DNA of 64,000 nucleotides from Candidatus Marinacidobacterium sp. (GTDB lineage Bacteria; Acidobacteriota; Vicinamibacteria; Marinacidobacterales; Marinacidobacteraceae): NCBI GenBank assembly GCA_965204755.1, contig OZ242011.1, positions 2,048,001 to 2,112,000 of the forward strand, read 5' to 3'. Shown piece by piece: positions 10,208 to 18,001 of this stretch (position 1 is its first letter; each line of letters starts with the position of its first letter). The notes under the pieces were generated by a model. It saw only the letters and a program-made list of their open reading frames with translations, ran no database searches and was not told where the DNA came from. The position numbers and the translations under genes were made by a program.

Positions 10208-10277
10208 GAGCCAAGAGTGTGACATCAGGGCTGTCTCACGTTCACGCGGGAAGGCCGGAGCAACGGAGACGATTGAG

Positions 10278-10751
10278 ATGACGCGGTCCGCGGGGTTGCC
10301 GGAGGATGGGCGATCGAGTGATTGCCGAGTTCTGCCTGCCTACGCTCTCTGTCTTGTATCCTGTGGACGCTGTAAGTTGAACCACGCCGCCCCGGCAAAG
10401 TGTCTCTACCGATCGGAACGTTTCCAGAGGACGCGCCGGTTCGTGGAAGAACGAGGCTGGCCGTGGTTCATTCTCTCCGCAAGACACGGACTGCTGTGCC
10501 CGGATCGAAAGATAGGTTGGTACGATGAGACACTCTGTACTATGCCCGAGGAAGATCGAAAGAAGTGGGCCGAGGGTGTGCTCGGCGATCTTCGACCACG
10601 GCTTGGCGATGTGCGGTCCATCGTTATCTTCGCTGACCCAAAATACTCGGAGCACTTGGCCCCTCGTCTTCTCGATCTCGGCCTTCAGGTCTGTTGCCGG
10701 GAGCGGGATTGGGTCGTGAGGAACTGCAATTCCGACCTGCAGATCGATTGA
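10278..10751 (+). CDS. DUF6884-like protein, copy B (divergent, Cys-rich)
   Basis: LCLVSCGRCK...PAKCLYRS...GWPWFILSARHGLL.P...WYDETL is homologous to 8215..8712. Start uncertain. Confidence 0.68.
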   Translation: MTRSAGLPEDGRSSDCRVLPAYALCLVSCGRCKLNHAAPAKCLYRSERFQRTRRFVEERGWPWFILSARHGLLCPDRKIGWYDETLCTMPEEDRKKWAEGVLGDLRPRLGDVRSIVIFADPKYSEHLAPRLLDLGLQVCCRERDWVVRNCNSDLQID

Positions 10752-10773
10752 ATCACCCGATTCAGGATGCCCG

Positions 10774-11517
10774 ATGATCCGCGTCGCTGACACGGTGCGC
10801 TTCTACGCGCTGTTGGCGCAGATCGAGGGGAAAGTCGGCGGGCGTCGCTGCCTCGCCGAGTGCGATGGCGGAACGGACTGGCCCGCACGCGGCGTCTACT
10901 TCTTCTTCGAGCCCGGCGAACGCCGGAAACTCTCCGGCAAGGGCGACCGCGTCACGCGCGTCGGCACGCACACCGGCCTGACGACCTCCCTCTGGAATCG
11001 GCTGAGCCAACACTGTGACCCATTCAGCACTGGCCCGGAGTGCCATCGCATCTCCGTCTTCCGCGGCTTGGTCGGTCGGGCGCTGACCTATCGCGGCGAC
11101 TGTGAACTTCCGCGCACTTGGAGATGGGCGAATGACGACCGGCGAACCAAGAGAGGGAGGACGACAGAGGTCGCGCCCCGATTCCGCATGACCACCGAGC
11201 AAGTGGAGGCGAGCGAGGCGGACTTGGAGCGGCGAGTGAGCGACTACATCGGTCGAATGCCGCTCCTCTGGCTCCGCGTGCCGGACGCCGGGAAACGCGG
11301 CAGCATGCGCCGCCGCCGCATCGAACGCCAAGCCATCGCGCTCTTGAGCGGTTACTCCCGCCCGGCGCTCGACCCGCCCTCCGCGCACTGGCTCGGAAAC
11401 CACAGCGACCGCAGGAAGAACCGCGAGTCGGGTCTCTGGAACAGCAAACATGTGGACGAGCCCTACGACCCGACGTTCCTCGACGAGATGGAAGACCTCA
11501 TCGCCGCCTGGCGATAG
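10774..11517 (+). CDS. GIY-YIG-like nuclease paralog 3
   Basis: Same motifs (RGVYFFFEPGE, RVGTH, LWNRLSQH, IERQAI, SGLWNSKHVDEPYD). Confidence 0.7.
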   Translation: MIRVADTVRFYALLAQIEGKVGGRRCLAECDGGTDWPARGVYFFFEPGERRKLSGKGDRVTRVGTHTGLTTSLWNRLSQHCDPFSTGPECHRISVFRGLVGRALTYRGDCELPRTWRWANDDRRTKRGRTTEVAPRFRMTTEQVEASEADLERRVSDYIGRMPLLWLRVPDAGKRGSMRRRRIERQAIALLSGYSRPALDPPSAHWLGNHSDRRKNRESGLWNSKHVDEPYDPTFLDEMEDLIAAWR

Positions 11518-11583
11518 CGCGAAGTCCATTCCCGGTTCCCGCACGAAGGGAACCGAACCGGGCCGGGGGCGCCGTCGCCAGGG

Positions 11584-13989
11584 TCAGAGCGTTCGCAGGA
11601 CGACGGACGGTTCCGGCCGGACCACGCGCTTCGCGGCGAGGAAACACGCCGCGCCCACCACGGCGAGCACGAGAGCGACCGGCGCTGCGTAGAGCAGCGG
11701 CAACCCGGTCTCGACCCAGAGCACGCGGCTGCCCACGAACCGGACCACGACCCAGCCGGCGAAACCTCCGATCCCGACCCCGGCGACCGCGACCGCGGCC
11801 GTCTTCCGCGCGACTTCCCCGACCACCCTCCGGTTCGGCGCGCCGAGCGCCCGGCGGATCGCGACCGCCCGTTCGCTGCGGGCCACGGTCTCCAGCACCT
11901 GGCCCGCCGCGCCGACCGCCGCCAGCAGCAGGCCGGCGGCGGCGAAAACGACCAGCGCGAACGCGCCGAACACCGGACTGCCGAGCGCCCGGATCCGGCG
12001 GTCGCGCACCGCTTCCGTTCGCAGCACGCGAAACGCCGGATCCACTGCGCGCGGCACGCGGGAAAGCGCCGCGAGCCACTCCGTGGACACCGGAGCGTCG
12101 AAACGCGCCACGACTTCGACCTTCCACAGCGGGGCGCGGCTCGAACGCTGCGCGAACGGGACATAGAGCGTGGCCGGCGCTTCGGCGCGACCGAACATCC
12201 GTGCCTCCGGGACGATGCCGACAATGCGGACGGACTCCGAGCCCGAAGGTTCCGGACGACCGAGCGGGTCGGGATGTTCGGACATCGCCGCGGCCCGGCG
12301 ACCGAGCGCGCCCACCGTTTCGGCGCCGGGCCGGTCGGTTTCGACGAAACCCCGACCGCGCAGCACGGGCATTCCGAGCGCCGCGAAGAGTCCGGCGCTG
12401 ACGGCGCGGCGCCGTCCGGAATACATCCCGGCGCCGGGCGGTTGCGGCGGGACGCCCGACGGAAGCCACGCGTCGCCGGACCTCTCGTCCGGGAGGGTGT
12501 CGGCGTATCCGACCGCGGAGACTCCGGCCATTCCCCCGATGCGGTCGGCGAGGCGGTCGAGCGCCTCCACCTGCGCCGCGAACGGAAGCGGACTCCCTCC
12601 GGCCGCTCCGAAGTCCACGGTTACCTGCGCGAGGCCCGCGTCCGAATAGCCGTGGGCGCCGCCGAGCAGCCGTAGCGCGCTTCCCGAAACGACCCCGGCG
12701 GCGATCAGCATCGCGCTCGCGGTCGCGGTCCCGAGAACGAGGAAGACTCCGGCGAGCGGCGTTCGCGGGGTCGAACGCGAGAGGAGGACACCGGGCGCCG
12801 AGCGAACCGCCGCCAGGAACGAGGGTGCCTCCGCCACGAGGGCGGCGCCGGCCGCGAGCAGCGCGCCCCGGACCGCGATCCCCTCGCCCATACCCTCCGC
12901 GAGCGCGTCGCCGGAGCCGCCGGCGTAGTAGCGAACGAGCGGATACAGCCAACGCGCGAGCAGTGAGCCGAGCAGGAAGACGCCCCCGGCGACCGCGACG
13001 ACGCGAAACCACGCGGTCGCGGCCCCGTCCCACCGGCCGGCCCCGACCGAACGCCGTATGGCTTCCGACCGCCGTTCGCGGAGGGCGCGCGCCCCGCGCA
13101 ACCCGACGACGCTCACCGCCGCCGCCAGCAGAAGCAGGAAGGCCCCCACTCGCAGGATTTCCAGGGTCGGCCGGATACCGGCGGTCGCCGCGTCCTCGAG
13201 CGATACGAGGCGAACGGACGGATTCGGGCGTTCGCCGGCGTTCTCGAGCCGCGCGACCGCTTCCTCCCGCGCGGCGGCGAGCGACCGGCCCTCGTTCAGC
13301 CGAGCGACGGTCGGTGACGCGCTCATCGTGAACGACCCGAAAGTCGGTTTCGGTTCCGGCCCGGGCGTCGGTATCCAGCCGTCCCAACTCCCGTCGGGGA
13401 ATCGGAACGAGTCCGGCATCACGCCCACGATGCGAACCGGCGCCCCGTCGAGCGTCGTTTGCGTTCCCACGACTCCGGTATCGCCGCCGAACGCCGTTCG
13501 CCAGAGATCGTGGCTCAGGAGGAGAACCGAGGCGTCCTGCCCTCCCCCCTCGTGCTCTTCGGGCAGGAACCATCGCCCGGCGTAGGGCCGCGCGCCGAGC
13601 ATCTCCAGCAAACCCGGCCCCAGCCGCGCCAGCCGCAGGGTTCGGGCGCTCTCGCCGGAACCGAGGATCGCCCGCGTCCCGGCCCAGCGCTCCATCCCGG
13701 AAAACGCGGCGGACTCGTCGCGCAACAGCAGGATTTCATGTCCGAACGGCGGCGCGAACGCTCCGCTCGCCCCGGCTCCCGCTGCGCCGGCGGCGACTTC
13801 GACGGTTACGAGGCGTTCGGGCGTTTCGTACGGGAGCGGGCGGGCCACGACCTGCTCCCACACGGATTCCACGATCCCGCTCGCCGCCGCGGCCGCGGAC
13901 AGGACGACGAGGAGGGCGGCGGCGTTACCCGGAGACCGCCGGAACGACCTCGCCGCCGCCTTCCACGCGGCGCCCAGCCGTACGAACAT
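11584..13989 (-). CDS. ABC transporter permease, duplicated MacB/FtsX (ADOP-type)
   Basis: Two MacB-periplasmic plus FtsX halves; RPLPY..PERLV, IVGVMP, AIRRALGA and VRPEPSVVLR C-terminus. Confidence 0.85.
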   Translation of the reverse strand: MFVRLGAAWKAAARSFRRSPGNAAALLVVLSAAAAASGIVESVWEQVVARPLPYETPERLVTVEVAAGAAGAGASGAFAPPFGHEILLLRDESAAFSGMERWAGTRAILGSGESARTLRLARLGPGLLEMLGARPYAGRWFLPEEHEGGGQDASVLLLSHDLWRTAFGGDTGVVGTQTTLDGAPVRIVGVMPDSFRFPDGSWDGWIPTPGPEPKPTFGSFTMSASPTVARLNEGRSLAAAREEAVARLENAGERPNPSVRLVSLEDAATAGIRPTLEILRVGAFLLLLAAAVSVVGLRGARALRERRSEAIRRSVGAGRWDGAATAWFRVVAVAGGVFLLGSLLARWLYPLVRYYAGGSGDALAEGMGEGIAVRGALLAAGAALVAEAPSFLAAVRSAPGVLLSRSTPRTPLAGVFLVLGTATASAMLIAAGVVSGSALRLLGGAHGYSDAGLAQVTVDFGAAGGSPLPFAAQVEALDRLADRIGGMAGVSAVGYADTLPDERSGDAWLPSGVPPQPPGAGMYSGRRRAVSAGLFAALGMPVLRGRGFVETDRPGAETVGALGRRAAAMSEHPDPLGRPEPSGSESVRIVGIVPEARMFGRAEAPATLYVPFAQRSSRAPLWKVEVVARFDAPVSTEWLAALSRVPRAVDPAFRVLRTEAVRDRRIRALGSPVFGAFALVVFAAAGLLLAAVGAAGQVLETVARSERAVAIRRALGAPNRRVVGEVARKTAAVAVAGVGIGGFAGWVVVRFVGSRVLWVETGLPLLYAAPVALVLAVVGAACFLAAKRVVRPEPSVVLRTL

Positions 13990-14032
13990 CCCGCGCCCCG
14001 AGGAATGCCGCCGCTTTTCGACCGACGGTCAG

Positions 14033-14890
14033 TCAGTCAGGCCGACCCGGCCGGGCGACCTCGCCGGCGGCGTTCCGAACGAGATCCCCGATGGGGCCGG
14101 GCGCCGCCAGGAAGGTCTGACGGACGCGAGGATTCGGAATCGCTTCGAGCGAAGCGCCGTGTTCGAGGAGCAGCGCCACCAACTCCTCGTCTCCCGAGAA
14201 CAGCGCCATCTCGAACGGAGGAATCCCGCGGAACTCGTTCGGGTCGGCGCCGCCCGCCAGCAGGCGCCGCGCGATCGCCAGCCGCTGCGGCGCCCGCGCG
14301 GACGGCGCTCGATTCGCGCTTTCGCCGGCGAACTGGCCGATGTGCCAGGCGCTCATCAACTGATCGAGGGGTTTGCCGAAGTCGGGCGGCGCCGCGTGGT
14401 TCGGGTCGGCGCCGGCGTCCAGCAACACGGTCGCGCTGTCGGCGGCTCCCATGTAGGCGGCCCAGGTCAGCGCCGACCAACCCCGCCCGTCCGGCGAGTC
14501 CACTTCGGCGCCGGCGCGCAGCAGGCGCCGGACCGTCGCCGGGGCATCGTCGGCCGCGGCTTGGTGGAGAGGGCCGTAGCCGTGCGCGTCCCGCGCATTC
14601 GGCCCGACGCCGGCGGCGAGCATCTCTTCCACTCCCTGCGTATCGCCTACCGCCGCCGCGGCGACGAGTTGGCCGGCCGGGCTGTCGTCGTGGCGTCGTC
14701 CGGTGACCAGGTCCGCCAAGCCGTCTTCCGGGCGAGGCTCCTCCGGCCCGCCGGCCGGGCGCGCGTCAGCGGCTTCGGTCGGCGCCGGCGGCGGTTCCTC
14801 CGCCGACCGGAACGACCGGACGCCCGTCCAGACACCCAGCAGGCCGGCGGCGCCGAGCGCCGCGTAGAGGAGTTTGCGGGCGAGGGTCAC
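14033..14890 (-). CDS. Membrane-anchored ankyrin repeat protein
   Basis: N-terminal TM; repeats G.GPLHQAA...VRRLLRAGAEVD, GWSALTWAA...LLDAGADPN and LLEHGA. Confidence 0.85.
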   Translation of the reverse strand: MTLARKLLYAALGAAGLLGVWTGVRSFRSAEEPPPAPTEAADARPAGGPEEPRPEDGLADLVTGRRHDDSPAGQLVAAAAVGDTQGVEEMLAAGVGPNARDAHGYGPLHQAAADDAPATVRRLLRAGAEVDSPDGRGWSALTWAAYMGAADSATVLLDAGADPNHAAPPDFGKPLDQLMSAWHIGQFAGESANRAPSARAPQRLAIARRLLAGGADPNEFRGIPPFEMALFSGDEELVALLLEHGASLEAIPNPRVRQTFLAAPGPIGDLVRNAAGEVARPGRPD

Positions 14891-14960
14891 GGGGTTCCGC
14901 GTTCCGGGGTTCGGGAGTCTCCCACGGGATTCGGCGGCTGTCGAATCTCGTTCGGGACTC

Positions 14961-16295
14961 TCAGCCGGTCAGGTACCGCGCCGTTTCGTCCAGGCGTTCG
15001 CCGGCGGCGTCCAGGATCGGTTCGCTGACCTCCGGGGGGAAGTCGTCGGGCAATCGGGCCCGCGCCCGGTCGAACGCTTCGCCGCGGGTCTCGACCAGTT
15101 CCGTCAGGATTTCGCGGGTCACCGCGGCGGGGATGCCGGCGGCTTCGCCGCTCTCGACGAAGTGGCGCGGCGTGATCTTGCCGACCGCCCGGGTCGGTTC
15201 GGTGGTCCCTACCGTGAACGACATGCCCAAATCGTTCGCGCCGAAGACTTCGCGGTGGATCGTCCACTGGAAGGAAACGATGTCGAAGAACGGCGCGAGT
15301 CGGTACTCCCCGCCGGGGAGGAGCCGCAGGCAGTAGTTCTTCGGATGGCCGTCGATCGCGGCCAGCAACCAGAAGACGACCTGCGCTTTCAGGAAGGTTC
15401 GCCGGTCTTCGTCCGCCGAGACCGAGCCTCGCAGCAGTTCGAACATCCGGGTCAGGTTCGGGCCTCCGTCCCCCTCGTACTTGCAGAACACGGAGTTGCC
15501 GATGGCCTGCAGGAAGTCTTCGTGCGGCGCGCGCAGCAACCGGCCGTCGTCGGTCCATTCGCGGTCGAACCGCTCCACGACGATGGCGCGTTGATCCCCG
15601 AACTCCCCGATCTCCGTCGGGGCGGTGGAAAGCCCGAAGGCCGGGGTGAGCGCCTGGCAGAGGAACTCGTTCTCGACGCTGTCCGGGAAGGTCGTCCCCA
15701 TCAGCCGGCCGATCTGCGGCTTCAGGATGTGGGTCGTCGGCGTGCAGCCGGCGGGGCGGCGCCATTCCCCGTCCACCCGGAGCAGGGCGGTCTTGCGCTG
15801 CGCTCCGGCCAAGGCGAGGGGAAAGTCGCGATCGACGCCCAGCGGCCGCTCTTCGAGGTTGGCCAGGACGCTCTCGACCTCCTCGTCCGGGACGGGCGCC
15901 CCGGAGACCGCGCCTTCCGGCCCGGGATCTTCGCCTTCGGGAACGAAGACGACCGCGCCCGCCGCGCGCCGCCCCAAACACGCGATCAAGGAGAAGGGAT
16001 CCGCCCGCTCGAAACCGAAGCACTCCGCCAGACTCTCGCGGTACGGCATGGACTCCGGCAGGAGGTTGCCCAGGAAGTCGTCCACCCGATACCCGCCGTG
16101 GGGCGCCTCCTGCAGCGGCAGCGAAAGCGAGATCGGCGTCGCCCCCTCCCAGGCGAGGTAGTCGCGGTCGTAGCGGAGCGACAGCCGAGGCACTCCGTGC
16201 TTGTCCCGGCCGCGCGCGATCTTTCCCAGGCGTCTGCCGTGGTGGTAGAGATCGAGCGCCGAGATGCCCGGGTCCTTGCTCAGGGCCTTGCGCAT
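14961..16295 (-). CDS. hipA: HipA-family Ser/Thr kinase toxin
   Basis: N-terminal ISLSLPL...FLGNLLPE, then LAGAQRKTAL, THILKP, ENEF, VERFDR, DGHPKN and LAPFFD; RBS AAAGGAG. Confidence 0.9.
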   Translation of the reverse strand: MRKALSKDPGISALDLYHHGRRLGKIARGRDKHGVPRLSLRYDRDYLAWEGATPISLSLPLQEAPHGGYRVDDFLGNLLPESMPYRESLAECFGFERADPFSLIACLGRRAAGAVVFVPEGEDPGPEGAVSGAPVPDEEVESVLANLEERPLGVDRDFPLALAGAQRKTALLRVDGEWRRPAGCTPTTHILKPQIGRLMGTTFPDSVENEFLCQALTPAFGLSTAPTEIGEFGDQRAIVVERFDREWTDDGRLLRAPHEDFLQAIGNSVFCKYEGDGGPNLTRMFELLRGSVSADEDRRTFLKAQVVFWLLAAIDGHPKNYCLRLLPGGEYRLAPFFDIVSFQWTIHREVFGANDLGMSFTVGTTEPTRAVGKITPRHFVESGEAAGIPAAVTREILTELVETRGEAFDRARARLPDDFPPEVSEPILDAAGERLDETARYLTG

Positions 16296-16322
16296 GTTGC
16301 CGCTCCTTTCCCCGGTCGGGGT

Positions 16323-17153
16323 TTACGGCGTCCCGGCGTCGTCCGAAGAGGGCCCCGCGTCGCTGCGGCGAAAGAGTAGCGATTCGGCGGCGGCGCGCGT
16401 CGCGGCGTCCAGCAGCAGGTTCTTGGTTCCCGCGAAACTCAACACCTGCCGATACTCGCGCTCGTCGCCGGCGCCGTCGGCCGCGCCCATCGCGCCGGCC
16501 TCATGTCTTCGCCGCAGGATTCCTTCCGCGAGAGTGATGATGCTCCCGATGGCGGCTTCGACGGCCGGAGCGGCCGGCATCGCCCCGAAGGCGCCGTCCG
16601 CTCCGAGCGGCCGCAAGCCGAACCACGAGAACCGGGTCCAAGTCCCCCGGCGCTCGTCCCGCGTATGCATCGCGAGCCGTTTGCCGAGTTCCCCGGCGCC
16701 GGCGCCGCCCCGGTGCGCCGCAGTCCAGGGCCGGTCCTCGTCGCCGTGCAGCAGGTACGCGCCGCCTTGCCCGGCGAAGTCCACCTGGCCGCGCCGCGCC
16801 GCGTTCATCTTCCTGGCCGTCCCGACGATCCGGGGCGCCGCGCTCCACTCCACCGCGGCCCTCGCCCAGAAGATCCCGAACGAAGTCACGATCGGCGGAA
16901 GCCGGTAGCCGCCCGTCTCGTCGGCCCGCCGCAGCCGGAAGCGGCGTCCCGGCGCCCGGACGAACGGCGACTCCGAACCCTCCGTCCGGAGCGAATGCGT
17001 CAGCGTCTCGGCCACCACGATCTTCGGAGGCCGGGAGCCCCGGCTCGCGAGCCCCCGGCTCACGATCCACTCCGCGATCTCCCGCTCGGTAAGCGGCTTC
17101 CGCGCCTCCCCGAGCGCCCGAACGACCGCGTCCTTCCAAGCCGACGCCGCCAC
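16323..17153 (-). CDS. HARE-HTH plus degenerate GIY-YIG protein
   Basis: GTG start at 17153; WKDAVVRAL...PLT..EIAEWI..RGL...SPFVR...RFRL HTH; paralog of 17165..17953 with the VIYVG motif lost. Confidence 0.72.
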   Translation of the reverse strand: MAASAWKDAVVRALGEARKPLTEREIAEWIVSRGLASRGSRPPKIVVAETLTHSLRTEGSESPFVRAPGRRFRLRRADETGGYRLPPIVTSFGIFWARAAVEWSAAPRIVGTARKMNAARRGQVDFAGQGGAYLLHGDEDRPWTAAHRGGAGAGELGKRLAMHTRDERRGTWTRFSWFGLRPLGADGAFGAMPAAPAVEAAIGSIITLAEGILRRRHEAGAMGAADGAGDEREYRQVLSFAGTKNLLLDAATRAAAESLLFRRSDAGPSSDDAGTP

Positions 17154-17164
17154 TGGGGGTGAAC

Positions 17165-17953
17165 CTACAGTTGGTCGATGGCTCGTCGAGCCGTTTCCCT
17201 CTTCACTTCGGGATCGGGGACTTGGCGATACTCGAACCCTCGCACCCTTTTCCCTTGCTGACGATTCTGGCGGGGTTCCACCGCTTCGATCAGTATCGCC
17301 TCGACGATCTCGATCAGGAACTCCATGTCGAGTCGACGGGGAAGGCTGCCGACTTTCGGGCCCAGCGTTCCGTCCCTGTGCACGGGCCGAAAACCGAACC
17401 ACGAGAATCGGCCCCACCGTCCCTGCAGGCGATCCCTGGTGTGATCGAAGAGCCGTTTGCCGAGATCGCCGGTTGTGGTGCACCCGACATAGATGACCTC
17501 GCGACCATCGTGAAGCAGGTACACACCGTGTTGTTCCGAGAAGTCCACCTGCTGCGGCTCGGACTTCGAAACGCCGTCGGTTTGAAAGACGCCGAGCAGC
17601 GCCGGGTGAGTCTTCCAGACCACATCCTCTCGGTTCCAGTGCACGCCGTACGAAGTGAGGATCCGTGGGTTTTCTTCCTCCTCGATCGGCGGCTCCGCCT
17701 TCCGTCCGGAAATGTCCGAGCCGGATCGCCGGAGCCGATAAGTGCCGCGCTCGACTCGTTCATACGGTGAATCGGCGCCCTTGTTCTTGATCGAGTCCGC
17801 GAGAACGGCAGCCACCGTAGCGGGTGGAGTGGCGCCGACTCTCTTGCGAAGACCCTGTTCGACGATACGGTTCGCGATCTCCGTGTAGTGCAGCGGGCCG
17901 TCGTTGGCCTGCAGCACCCGATCGATGGCGTCCCGCCACGGCATGTCAGTCAT
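17165..17953 (-). CDS. HARE-HTH (HB1/ASXL/restriction endonuclease HTH) plus GIY-YIG nuclease
   Basis: WRDAIDRVL...PLHYTEIA.RI..QGL...GATPPATV HTH; GVYLLHD..EVIYVG....L.KRL.DH, E in IVEAILI and PRQN. Confidence 0.8.
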   Translation of the reverse strand: MTDMPWRDAIDRVLQANDGPLHYTEIANRIVEQGLRKRVGATPPATVAAVLADSIKNKGADSPYERVERGTYRLRRSGSDISGRKAEPPIEEEENPRILTSYGVHWNREDVVWKTHPALLGVFQTDGVSKSEPQQVDFSEQHGVYLLHDGREVIYVGCTTTGDLGKRLFDHTRDRLQGRWGRFSWFGFRPVHRDGTLGPKVGSLPRRLDMEFLIEIVEAILIEAVEPRQNRQQGKRVRGFEYRQVPDPEVKRETARRAIDQL

Positions 17954-18001
17954 GGTTACTGGCTCCTGTTGTGGATGATCTTGACCGATGCGGTCGTCCC
18001 G

